64,000 nt of DNA from an uncultured bacterium (GTDB lineage Bacteria; Bacteroidota; Bacteroidia; Chitinophagales; UBA10324), in contig CAXBPY010000008.1 of the NCBI GenBank assembly GCA_963977675.1, forward strand, positions 1,399-65,398. Reading direction: 5' to 3'. Positions within the stretch are counted from its first letter, which is position 1, and each line of letters opens with the position of its first letter. Below are positions 28,952 to 38,576 of this stretch, piece by piece. The position numbers were made by a program, and so were the translations under genes. The notes beneath the pieces were generated by a model. It had not been told where the DNA came from and made no database searches. It saw only the letters and a program-made list of their open reading frames with translations.

Positions 28952-31939
28952 ATGGATTACAAGTTTACTGAGATAGAAGAGTGGGCAAAAAATTTCTGGA
29001 AGGAAAAAAATATTTATCGTGTCGGTGATGCCGAAAGCGGCAAGCCGAAATTTTATGTGCTCGATATGTTTCCTTATCCGAGCGGCGCAGGGCTGCATGT
29101 CGGTCATCCGCTGGGATATATTGCCAGTGACATTTATTCGCGCTACAAGCGGATGAAAGGATTCAATGTGCTTCATCCAATGGGCATGGATTCGTTCGGG
29201 TTGCCTGCAGAACAATATGCGATTCAAACAGGTCAGCATCCAGCAATTACAACTGAACGAAACATTGCGACTTTCAAAAAACAAATGGACCAGTTGGGAT
29301 TTTCATTCGACTGGAGTCGAGAAGTGCGCACCAGCGATCCGAAATTCTACAAGTGGACGCAATGGATTTTCATTCAGCTTTTTCATTCGTGGTATAACAA
29401 TGCTTCTAATAAAGCAGAGAAGATTGATTCGCTGATTTCAGAGTTTGAGAAAAGCGGAAATGCAAATGTGAAAGCCGCAACTGCTCAGGAAGAAATTTTT
29501 TCTGCAAGTGATTGGAAAAATTTTTCTGCAAAACAAAAGAGTGATGTACTGCTCAATTATCGTCTCGCATACATAGCCGACTCGTGGGTGAACTGGTGCC
29601 CCGCTCTCGGAACTGTGCTCGCGAATGATGAAGTGAAGGATGGAGTGAGTGAGCGCGGCGGTTATCCGGTTGAGCGAAAACTGATGAAGCAATGGAGCTT
29701 GCGCATCACAGCTTACTCTGAAAGATTGTTGCAGGGTTTGAATGAACTTGATTGGAGTGATTCAATAAAAGAAGCGCAACGCAACTGGATTGGAAAGAGT
29801 GAAGGAGCTTCAGTGAAGTTTGATGTTGGAACTTTGAACTTGGAAGTAAGTTCAACCTCGAACAATAAATCCAAGATCCAAGATCAAACATCCAAGATCA
29901 GCATAGAAGTTTTTACTACAAGACCCGACACCATTTTCGGTGTAACATTTTTAACGCTTGCACCGGAGCATGAATTGATTTCGCAGATCACAACTGCTGA
30001 GCAGAAAAAAGCAGTTGAAGAATATGTCGCTTATGCGAAGAACCGCAGCGAACGCGAGCGCATGACTGATGTGAAAAAAATTACCGGCGTGTTCAGCGGC
30101 GCTTATGCTGTTCATCCGTTCAGCGGAAAACAAATTCCTATTTGGATTGGTGAATATGTGCTGGCGGGTTACGGAACCGGCGCAGTGATGGGAGTTCCCG
30201 GTCACGACAGCCGCGATTATGGTTTTGCAAAACATTTTAATCTTGAAATTATTGAAGTGGTGAGCGGCGGTGATATTTCGAAGGAAGCTTTTGAAGACGA
30301 AGGCACAAGCATCAACTCTGATTTTCTGAACGGACTGAAAACTGCCGATGCAAAACAGAAAGCGATTGAAGAGATAGAGAAAAAAAATATCGGCACACGA
30401 AAAATAAATTACAAACAGCGCGATGCGATTTTTGGAAGGCAGCGCTACTGGGGCGAACCGATTCCTGTGTATTACGACGAAGAAGGAATTCCGAAAACGG
30501 TGGATGAAAATGATTTGCCTGTAAAACTTCCGGAGGTTGACAAATATCTTCCAACGGAAACAGGAGAACCTCCATTAGCTCGCGCATCAAACTGGAAGTA
30601 TAAAGAGAAATATAATTTCGAGTTGACTACAATGCCTGGATGGGCTGGCTCTTCGTGGTATTTTCTGCGCTACGAAGACCCGAACAACGAAAACAGTTTT
30701 GCTTCAAAAGATGCCATTAATTATTGGCGCAATATTGATTTCTACATCGGCGGTTACGAGCACGCCACAGGTCACTTGCTTTACTTCCGCTTCTGGACAA
30801 AATTTTTATTCGACCTCGGTTACATTCCTTTCGATGAACCTGCACAGCGATTGGTGAATCAGGGGATGATTCAGGGAGTGAGCGCAAAAGTTTTTAAAAA
30901 CAATTTCAATTTTAAAACTGCGCCTGCAGCAGTTCCATTCAAAAGAAGAATTGCTGAATTTATTCCTGATGAAAAACTTGTTGATGAAATTGTTGATGTG
31001 TACCTGTGTAAAGATTTTGTTGTGAATGAATCTAACAAGTTGGGATTGCCTGATGTTTATTCCGATATAAATCTTCCAGCGGACTATGCTGATTTCACAA
31101 AACATCAGTATGACATAAAAGAATTTTACGATTCAGGAGATAACCGCGCGAAGAATATTTTATTCATGTTCAAAGGTGGAGTTTTTCTGAATGGAAAATT
31201 TTACTCAGAACAAAATGTAAATACCTGTTCATTCGGTTTTACAGCTGTTCCTGAAAAAATGTCGAAGTCGAAATACAATGTTGTAAATCCTGAAGACATT
31301 GTTTCGAAGTATGGTGCTGATTGTTTCCGTTTGTATGAAATGTTTTTAGGTCCGATTGAAATGAGCAAGCCGTGGGACACAAAAGGAATTGACGGAGTGA
31401 GTCGCTTCCTGCGCAAACTCTGGAAATTATTTTATGATGAAAATGGAAACTGGCTGGTGCGCGACGAAGCAGCAACCAATGAAGAATTGAAAATCCTTCA
31501 CAAGACAATCAAGAAAGTAGAAGACGATATGGAAAAACTTTCTTACAACACATCAGTCAGTGCATTCATGATTTGTGTGAACACCCTCACCGATTTGAAG
31601 TGTAACAAAAAAGAAGTGCTGAAAGATTTATTGCTCATCATGGCGCCGTTCGCTCCATTCACTACAGAATATTTGTGGAGAGAATTAAAACAAGAAGGAA
31701 GTGTAGTAGCGGCTTCATTCCCGAAAGTGAGAGAAGAATTATTGGTAGAAAATTCTTTCGAATATCCGGTAGCAGTAAATGGAAAAACAAAAACAAAAAT
31801 TTCTTTTCCGCTCGACAAAGAAATTCTTGAAATAGAAAAAGAAGTTGTGGCGACAGAAGCATTACAGAAATACTTCGAAGGAAAACAACCGAAAAAAATA
31901 ATTGTAGTTAAGGGAAGAATGATAAATGTTGTGATTTGA
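28952..31939 (+). CDS. leuS: Leucine--tRNA ligase
   Basis: DMFPYPSGAGLHVGH, QRNWIGKS, FTTRPDT, RQRYWGEP, KMSKS; ATG 28952 follows TAGATTTG. Confidence 0.98.
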   Translation: MDYKFTEIEEWAKNFWKEKNIYRVGDAESGKPKFYVLDMFPYPSGAGLHVGHPLGYIASDIYSRYKRMKGFNVLHPMGMDSFGLPAEQYAIQTGQHPAITTERNIATFKKQMDQLGFSFDWSREVRTSDPKFYKWTQWIFIQLFHSWYNNASNKAEKIDSLISEFEKSGNANVKAATAQEEIFSASDWKNFSAKQKSDVLLNYRLAYIADSWVNWCPALGTVLANDEVKDGVSERGGYPVERKLMKQWSLRITAYSERLLQGLNELDWSDSIKEAQRNWIGKSEGASVKFDVGTLNLEVSSTSNNKSKIQDQTSKISIEVFTTRPDTIFGVTFLTLAPEHELISQITTAEQKKAVEEYVAYAKNRSERERMTDVKKITGVFSGAYAVHPFSGKQIPIWIGEYVLAGYGTGAVMGVPGHDSRDYGFAKHFNLEIIEVVSGGDISKEAFEDEGTSINSDFLNGLKTADAKQKAIEEIEKKNIGTRKINYKQRDAIFGRQRYWGEPIPVYYDEEGIPKTVDENDLPVKLPEVDKYLPTETGEPPLARASNWKYKEKYNFELTTMPGWAGSSWYFLRYEDPNNENSFASKDAINYWRNIDFYIGGYEHATGHLLYFRFWTKFLFDLGYIPFDEPAQRLVNQGMIQGVSAKVFKNNFNFKTAPAAVPFKRRIAEFIPDEKLVDEIVDVYLCKDFVVNESNKLGLPDVYSDINLPADYADFTKHQYDIKEFYDSGDNRAKNILFMFKGGVFLNGKFYSEQNVNTCSFGFTAVPEKMSKSKYNVVNPEDIVSKYGADCFRLYEMFLGPIEMSKPWDTKGIDGVSRFLRKLWKLFYDENGNWLVRDEAATNEELKILHKTIKKVEDDMEKLSYNTSVSAFMICVNTLTDLKCNKKEVLKDLLLIMAPFAPFTTEYLWRELKQEGSVVAASFPKVREELLVENSFEYPVAVNGKTKTKISFPLDKEILEIEKEVVATEALQKYFEGKQPKKIIVVKGRMINVVI
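29817..29897. repeat. Inverted heptamer arrays inserted in frame in leuS
   Basis: AGTTTGA TGTTGGA ACTTTGA ACTTGGA ... TCCAAGA TCCAAGA TCAAACA TCCAAGA. Confidence 0.75.
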
Positions 31940-31947
31940 TGCTAAAG

Positions 31948-32039
31948 AATAGGACACGGATTTGAACAGATGTAACAGATTAAAACGGATTTTAAAATCA
32001 GTGACAATCCGCTTAATCAGTTTAAATCAGTGTCCCATT
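31948..32039. repeat. REP-like palindrome made of four ACRGAT units and four mirrored ATCMGY units
   Basis: Units at 31956/31966/31975/31985 mirrored at 31997/32007/32016/32026; outer arms GGACAC/GTGTCC. Confidence 0.8.
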
Positions 32040-32040
32040 A

Positions 32041-33288
32041 ATGAATAAACAAATGACCGAATCAACAGATAACTTAAAATATTCTCAACGCGGAGTGAGC
32101 GCTTCGAAAGAAGATGTTCATGCGGCGATAAAAAATATTGACAAGGGTTTATTCCCCAATGCGTTTTGCAAAATCTATCCTGATGTTTTAACGGGAGATG
32201 AAAACTATTGCAACATTCTTCATGCAGACGGAAGCGGCACCAAGTCGGCGCTCGCTTACATGTATTGGAAGGAGACCGGGGATATCTCAGTGTGGAAAGG
32301 AATTGCGCAAGACAGCATCGTCATGAACCTCGATGACTTGTTATGTGTAGGTGCAGCCGGTCCGTTTATTTTTTCTTCCGTTATCAATCGCAACAAGAAT
32401 TTAATTCCCGGTGAAGTGTTACAGCAAATCATTGAAGGCAATCAACTCTTCTTTGATGAAATGAAAAAGCACGGAGTAGAAATCGGATACCTTGGTGGTG
32501 AAACTGCCGACATGGGTGATGTGATTCGCACAGTGAGTGTTGACTCAACTATCGCATGTCGAATGAAGCGCAGCAATGTGATTGAAATAAATCTTCAGCC
32601 CGGCGATGTGATTGTTGGATTAGCTTCTTACGGAAAAGCAATTTATGAAACTGAATACAACAGCGGCATCGGCAGCAACGGACTCACAGCCGCGCGCCAC
32701 GATGTGCTGAGTAAATTTTACGCAGAAGAATATCCTGAGAGTTTCGATACTGACTTACCACACAAAATTGTTTTCACCGGAAGCAAGCGGCTCACTGATA
32801 CAGTTGAAGGCTCAGAATTAAATGCAGGAAAATTATTGCTATCACCAACACGAACTTTCGCTCCTGTCATCCTTGAAGTGTTGAAAAAGTATTCGCTGCT
32901 TCCCTCTCCTTTGGAGAGGGGCTCCGAAGTTGGTGAGGATAAACAGCGAAGTGAAAATCCAATTCACGGCATCGTTCACAACAGCGGCGGCGGACAAAAA
33001 AAAGTAATGCACTTCAACAAATCAGTTCATGTAATTAAAGATAATTTATTTCCGACACCAACTGTCTTCAAACTCATTCAGCAAGAATCAAAAACTCCGT
33101 GGAGCGAAATGTATCAGGTGTTCAACATGGGAACACGAATGGAAATTTATTGCAAAGCCGAAGCAGCAGATGAAATCATCAGCATCTCAAAATCATTCGG
33201 AGTAGAAGCACAAATTATCGGCAGATGCGAAGCCAGCGCTCAACCCAAACTTACTATTGAATCAGAGTTCGGGAAGTTTGAGTATTGA
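32041..33288 (+). CDS. purM: Phosphoribosylformylglycinamidine cyclo-ligase (AIR synthase), Bacteroidota type
   Basis: RGVSASKEDVH, HADGSGTK, MNLDDL, GGETADMGD, GSNGLT, VFNMG. Confidence 0.92.
   Translation: MNKQMTESTDNLKYSQRGVSASKEDVHAAIKNIDKGLFPNAFCKIYPDVLTGDENYCNILHADGSGTKSALAYMYWKETGDISVWKGIAQDSIVMNLDDLLCVGAAGPFIFSSVINRNKNLIPGEVLQQIIEGNQLFFDEMKKHGVEIGYLGGETADMGDVIRTVSVDSTIACRMKRSNVIEINLQPGDVIVGLASYGKAIYETEYNSGIGSNGLTAARHDVLSKFYAEEYPESFDTDLPHKIVFTGSKRLTDTVEGSELNAGKLLLSPTRTFAPVILEVLKKYSLLPSPLERGSEVGEDKQRSENPIHGIVHNSGGGQKKVMHFNKSVHVIKDNLFPTPTVFKLIQQESKTPWSEMYQVFNMGTRMEIYCKAEAADEIISISKSFGVEAQIIGRCEASAQPKLTIESEFGKFEY
32900..32938. repeat. REP-like hairpin inserted in frame in purM
   Basis: CCCTCTCC-TTT-GGAGAGGG followed by GC...GGTGAGG; encodes LPSPLERGSEVGE. 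Confidence 0.75.
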
Positions 33289-33306
33289 TAAATTGTTTCA
33301 TAATTC

Positions 33307-33831
33307 TCAATGATAAACTATCGGGGAATTATTTGATATTGTAAAAAACACGGATGAAAAATCTCCGCATGGATTGCTGATTTGATTATTCGGGACTTCA
33401 AAATCGGAAGTGGTACTTCCATTTGGAATACTTGTGAACTTACTAAAACTAAAAAAAATATTTCCGCTTCCTTGAATAAAATTATATAAATCAATGTTGT
33501 TTACTGTGAGGTTTTTTATCCTATAAAAAATTAAACAACTATCTGATCCGCAACCTCTGTCATTAAATTTTTTTGTCGTCTGTGTAAAGTAAAACCGAGC
33601 AACAACCTGATTAAAGTGTGTACTGGCAGAGTTATCATCAATCAAATCAATCGAATCAACTCCTGAAATCTTCGCTATTGAATCGCAGTAAATACACGAG
33701 CCATCTTTTTTCCTGGCAATTGAATTAAAGTTGAGTGCATTTTTACCAGTACATCCTTTCGGCTGGCAACTTTCAGCAAGAAAAAAAATTACACAACCGA
33801 ACAGGAAATAGATGTAAAAACATTTTTTCAT
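33307..33831 (-). CDS. Cys-rich lipoprotein
   Basis: Lipobox AESC; 'GCTGKNALNFN...DGSCIY' resembles the GCTDxxAxNY...DDGSC repeat. Confidence 0.65.
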   Translation of the reverse strand: MKKCFYIYFLFGCVIFFLAESCQPKGCTGKNALNFNSIARKKDGSCIYCDSIAKISGVDSIDLIDDNSASTHFNQVVARFYFTQTTKKFNDRGCGSDSCLIFYRIKNLTVNNIDLYNFIQGSGNIFFSFSKFTSIPNGSTTSDFEVPNNQISNPCGDFSSVFFTISNNSPIVYH

Positions 33832-33842
33832 AAACAGAAATT

Positions 33843-34562
33843 CTAAAACTTGATTATCAGAAATAACACAGCTGGAAGCGTGAGTGAAAATTTTGTAAAT
33901 GAAGTGTCGGTGTTTGTATTCGTTGATGTCACCTGCACAAAACTCCCGGAGGTTATTACATCCTTGACAAAAACATTTTGCTTATTCGAAGTGAATTGTA
34001 AATAATAATTTGCCTCTGTGCCTATAAAAATTCTTCTGGAAATATTGAAATTCAAATTTCCTCTCAACCCGCCCCCAATACTACCACTAACAGTGCTTGT
34101 AGTGGTGGAAGTTGAATCAGAATTCCCCCCGCCAAAACTTGTTACGCTTAATGAAAATGTTTTGTCATTTTGATTTGATCCTGCAAAGTCAATTGCACAT
34201 TCTGCCTCAAATCTTTTTCCGATATGGCATTTTTTTCCAAAACCAACTCTGTAAAACACATCATTGATTCTTGAAATGTGATTAGAAGGAGAATTTTTAT
34301 CTTGAAATGATTGATAGGAATAACCTACTCCTGCATCTAAACTCAGTTTGCATTTTGTAAATGTTAGTGAGTAGCTCATCAAATATGGATTGGTTACAGT
34401 TGTGGCATTTCCGCTGTTCAGGTTTATCAATTGGCGCAGCAATGGGTTTGCCTGAATACCAAGCTCGTGATATATTTTTTTCGACTGTGCGGAATCCATT
34501 TGCGCACGCGCTGATTTTAACTGCGATAGAAAAACAATCGCGAGCAGAATTTTTTTTATCAT
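33843..34562 (-). CDS. Putative small outer-membrane beta-barrel protein
   Basis: Signal peptide, alternating beta strands, C-terminal LFLIIKF. Confidence 0.65.
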   Translation of the reverse strand: MIKKILLAIVFLSQLKSARAQMDSAQSKKIYHELGIQANPLLRQLINLNSGNATTVTNPYLMSYSLTFTKCKLSLDAGVGYSYQSFQDKNSPSNHISRINDVFYRVGFGKKCHIGKRFEAECAIDFAGSNQNDKTFSLSVTSFGGGNSDSTSTTTSTVSGSIGGGLRGNLNFNISRRIFIGTEANYYLQFTSNKQNVFVKDVITSGSFVQVTSTNTNTDTSFTKFSLTLPAVLFLIIKF

Positions 34563-34574
34563 CAGGATTTTAAT

Positions 34575-35684
34575 TTACTGAACAACTACAAATGGGCTTG
34601 AGAATTTTTTATCAAGCACAGCCGAATAATCAGTCAGTGTGTTTAAGAAGGCGATGAGCGCTTCCTTTTCATGATCAGAAATATTCATACGCCTTGGTTG
34701 GTTACTGCTGTCTCTCAACCGTGAGTCAAGATTCGCGTTGTCAGTTATTCCGTGACTGTAATGTTCCAGCACATCATTCAGTGTTGCAAATCTTCCGTCG
34801 TGCATGTAGGGTGCGGTGAGTGCAATATTTCTGAGTGAAGGCACTTTAAACTTTCCGTCGTCAGAAGATTTTCCTGTTCTTGCTCCTAAGCCTTTATCAG
34901 CGTAAACCACATCGAGACCAATATTTAAGAAAGCTTGCGTAGTATCGAATCCATATGGATTTGGAACTGTAACTGACAGATGGCAACTGCTGCAGTTGTA
35001 TTTTGTAAAGAATAAATTTTTTCCTTCCGGCTCAATGGAAGAAAGAATTCCCGGTTGAAAATTTGACTGATCAAATTTTGTGTTTGAAGAATTGATTGAT
35101 GAGCAAAAGGCAGCAAGGGCAGTTCCAATATTTGCAGGAGTATAATAATTAGTAACTGAATCAGGAAAAGCTGCGGCAAAAAGCGATTCATAATAAGGAA
35201 GAGCGCTCACTCTTTAAGCAATGTCATTGTCATCTCCCATTCCCATTTCAACATGATTCGTAATTGGTTTTAGCACCATGGAAGAAAGAAATGATTCTCT
35301 TCCGTCCCAAAACAATGGAGTGGGTACCGGAACTTCCATAGGAAATGTACTCTGAGAAAGATTTTGAATTGGAAGCGAATTGCGTCCGGTGAGTTTGTTT
35401 TCAAAGCCGCGACTGAATGCAGTGTTATCTGAAAATGCAAATTGCTGCTTGTGACATGAAGCGCACGAAATGGAATTGTTCACCGAAAGGTGAGTGTCAT
35501 AAAACAAAACCCGACCGAGTGTGATCATTTCGTTAGTTGATAAAAATGAATTGTATTGATAAGGGACATCCGGCAGATCTAAACGGGTGTATGATGGTTT
35601 TACTACCTTGTTTTCTTTTATACAAGAAAAGAAAACTGAGAAAGAAAAAGCAACAACTAACGACAGGAAAATTTTTGTTTTCAT
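34575..35684 (-). pseudogene. Di-heme cytochrome c peroxidase/MauG-family lipoprotein interrupted by in-frame TAA at 35214-35216
   Basis: One frame reads ...LGRVLFYD..SCASCH..FWDGR..HVEMGMGDDNDIA*RVSALPYY..CSSCH..FKVPSLRNIALTAPYMHDGRF. Confidence 0.8.
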
Positions 35685-35805
35685 GTTTTTGTTTTTATGA
35701 TGAAATCAAATTTGAAGTTTTAATTATTCAAATCAAAGCCTTCAATAATTTGTTCTTACCTTTTTTAAAATACACGAAATCAATTCTGGTTTTGGTTGGG
35801 GAAGT

Positions 35806-37533
35806 TCAAAACACTCTGCAAACCGGATAGCGGTTCACGCTTGTTTCGTAGTCGGGCGAGTGACGATAAATAAAATCAAGTTGCGCATCGGCATCTTTTG
35901 CAAAATCAGGATTTGATTTTTTTTCTTCTTCAAATAATTTTTTCAGTTCAGAATTCGTACTAAGAATTTGTGCTGCTTTGTCTTCCCACACATAATTGTT
36001 GTAGCCCTCTTTCTGCTGAAGAATAGCATCAAAATAATTCCAGGCAAAAAATCCATCCATGCTTTGCGGTTCCAGGCATTCAAGAATAAATCGGTTTGCC
36101 GGCTGATTCATTTTTACAAGTACATCGCCTGCATAAAAATGAATCATCAATGTATCCTTCTGAACTGAAATGTTATTGTGCAGATAATGTCCTTCGTAAG
36201 GATGATCTCCTGTTTTGTAATCGAGAATGTAGTAGCATTCTACTTTCATAATTGTGTCGTGCGTGAGTTGCTGCATTTGCACTCCGTTGTTTTGAAAAAT
36301 GTCAATCACTTTTTTACAATGCTGAGGAATGATATAGGCTGAAGGTTTCGGAATGGTAAGTTGTGCTGTGTATGTATTGTAGAAAGGAATTTTTTTATTG
36401 TATGGTGATTGCTCATCATAATACAATCGAGACTCGCCACTTACATCAGAAGGTTTGTATTTCGCTTCGTAACCTTTGAAAGAAATTTCGGTTTGCGAAT
36501 TCATATCAAGTTTATAATTGATAGGAAAATCATTTTCAAACGCACTTGTTTTTTCATCAGCAAACTCATGCAAACCATGAATCACTCCATGATCGATATA
36601 AGCTTTCTGAATCCAACTGAGCAGAAAGGCATATGTGGATCTTACACGCGAATCATATGGTTTAAGCATGTGTGTTTCTAAAACAAAACCAATACAGTTG
36701 AATAAGGCTGCGTAACCGGTAGAAAAGCGAGGTGATTCTAAAAACTCTGCAATACCTGAATCGGGGGTTTCTTTCAGTGTGTTAACATAAGGACACATTT
36801 CATATCCGGATTTTGACATTTCACTTTTCAGATATGGAACAAGTGTGTTGGTTTCATAGTCAGCAAGTTTTGGCGAAAGTTTGTTGTGCTGTGTAGCAAT
36901 GTAAGTCATGGTATAGGTGTAATCGGCGCCATCACTTACATGCGTATCGGCAAACCAATCAGGGTGCCATTGAGTGAAAATATTTTCGAAAGAAAAAGTT
37001 TCCGGAGCATCATTCTTCATGAAGTCACGATTGAGGTCGAGGTTCTGTGCATTCGCTCTGAACCCATATTCAAGCGGTCCGTTTTGATTTGCCCGGCTGC
37101 AGCAGCCACGATTCATGCAGCCGGCAATATTGTAAACCGGTATAATCAGCACCACCACATGAGAGAGCAAAGCATTCATTTCTTTTTTAAAAAGTAAATC
37201 GCGCGCCAGCATCATGCTGGCATCAATTCCGTCTGGTTCACCGGGATGAATTCCATTGTTGATGAACAACACTGCTTTTTCTTTTCTGTTTACTTCAGTT
37301 GGTTTTGAAATTCCGGCCCTTGAAATGATGATGAGATGGTAGGGTTTCCCAACACTGGAATTCCCTTGCTGAATAATTTTTATTTCAGGAGAAAGCGCTG
37401 CGAGTTTCTCATAATAAGAAATGCACTCCTCATAAGTTGCAGATTGAGTGCCTCCACTTTTTTCAAAAGGAGTTTGTAGTGAATCTATTGGAGAAGTGAA
37501 TAGGAGGGAAGATAGAAATAAGAGAAAATTCAT
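35806..37533 (-). CDS. M14 zinc carboxypeptidase family protein
   Basis: GIHPGEPDG, NAQNLDLNRDF, DTH; signal peptide. Confidence 0.88.
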   Translation of the reverse strand: MNFLLFLSSLLFTSPIDSLQTPFEKSGGTQSATYEECISYYEKLAALSPEIKIIQQGNSSVGKPYHLIIISRAGISKPTEVNRKEKAVLFINNGIHPGEPDGIDASMMLARDLLFKKEMNALLSHVVVLIIPVYNIAGCMNRGCCSRANQNGPLEYGFRANAQNLDLNRDFMKNDAPETFSFENIFTQWHPDWFADTHVSDGADYTYTMTYIATQHNKLSPKLADYETNTLVPYLKSEMSKSGYEMCPYVNTLKETPDSGIAEFLESPRFSTGYAALFNCIGFVLETHMLKPYDSRVRSTYAFLLSWIQKAYIDHGVIHGLHEFADEKTSAFENDFPINYKLDMNSQTEISFKGYEAKYKPSDVSGESRLYYDEQSPYNKKIPFYNTYTAQLTIPKPSAYIIPQHCKKVIDIFQNNGVQMQQLTHDTIMKVECYYILDYKTGDHPYEGHYLHNNISVQKDTLMIHFYAGDVLVKMNQPANRFILECLEPQSMDGFFAWNYFDAILQQKEGYNNYVWEDKAAQILSTNSELKKLFEEEKKSNPDFAKDADAQLDFIYRHSPDYETSVNRYPVCRVF

Positions 37534-37856
37534 TTCAGCTTTTCATTTTGTTTGTGTCGCTGCGAATCTCTTGAATTTTTTTTCTCCAAATTTTTTTTCA
37601 ATGCTTCTTCCAAATCAATTCCGGTTTGGTTGGCTATGCAAATGAGAACAAACAACACATCAGCCAATTCATCATCCAGATTTTTTTCTTTATCAGATTC
37701 CTTGAAAGATTGTTCACCATATTTTCTTGCGATGATTCTTGCTACTTCACCTACTTCTTCAGTAAGCATTGCCATGTTAGTGAGCTCATTGAAGTAGCGA
37801 ACACCTGTCGTTTTAATCCAGGAGTCAATTTGTTTTTGTGCTTCGGAAATGGTCAT
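37530..37856 (-). CDS. MazG-like nucleotide pyrophosphohydrolase
   Basis: LTEEVGEVAR...DELADVLFV...ANQTG. Confidence 0.9.
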   Translation of the reverse strand: MTISEAQKQIDSWIKTTGVRYFNELTNMAMLTEEVGEVARIIARKYGEQSFKESDKEKNLDDELADVLFVLICIANQTGIDLEEALKKNLEKKNSRDSQRHKQNEKLK

Positions 37857-37866
37857 AAAAAAATTT

Positions 37867-38574
37867 TCACGAAACTATCTCATCATTATCCGCACTGAAA
37901 CGGAACCCAAGCCGCTTACCGGTTTGAGTTTGAATCAAACCTTGTTGTTCCATCTTCATTTGTAGCGTAAGCTCTTTCACCATTTCATATGGTGGCGCAA
38001 ATAAGTCGAAGTTGAGTGTATAGAGAATGCCCGATTCAATCACTTCCTGAATGTGTGAATTATCAAGCACAAGATTTTCAAAATCATTATAAAGAAATCC
38101 GAGTTGCCGTTTTCCCTCTACAAAAAAGTGTTTGTCTTTATTCACAAACATTCTTGCAACAAGATAACCAACATCATGAGCGCGATTATACTTGAATGAG
38201 TCACTGAGGAAATTGTAGACCTGTATCATTCCGCATTGGGCGCGAAGCGGATCTTCCTGCACATACGGCAAACGCCAGATAAAATGGTCGGAATCGAAAG
38301 TAAATACATTGGTGTGTTGTGCAAAAATTACAAGCTCATCATTGAGTCGCATCTCGGCTTCAAACTGTCCTTTGTCGCTATACTGAATGTCAACTTTGAT
38401 TTCATTCTTGGCAAGTTCAAATGCAAGTTCGCTTTGCGTTTTGCGCAAAAGTTTTTTCAATTCAAGAAAAACATCTGAAGTGATTCGGTTTACCTTGTTA
38501 ATCACCTGACCTTTTTCGCGAAGCGATTGAATAATTAAATCGCGCGGAGTTTGTTCTTCTTTTCGTTTTGCCAT
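37867..38574 (-). CDS. Conserved hypothetical protein
   Basis: Long ORF coupled to proS with 'YNFLSDSFKYNR..DVGYL', 'HFFVEGKRQLG' and 'TGKRLGF'. Confidence 0.75.
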   Translation of the reverse strand: MAKRKEEQTPRDLIIQSLREKGQVINKVNRITSDVFLELKKLLRKTQSELAFELAKNEIKVDIQYSDKGQFEAEMRLNDELVIFAQHTNVFTFDSDHFIWRLPYVQEDPLRAQCGMIQVYNFLSDSFKYNRAHDVGYLVARMFVNKDKHFFVEGKRQLGFLYNDFENLVLDNSHIQEVIESGILYTLNFDLFAPPYEMVKELTLQMKMEQQGLIQTQTGKRLGFRFSADNDEIVS

Positions 38575-38576
38575 GA

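Noticed and set aside
37530-37856. MazG as an anti-phage or toxin-antitoxin component
   Set aside because: Short house-cleaning type within the proS operon, with no toxin or defence neighbours
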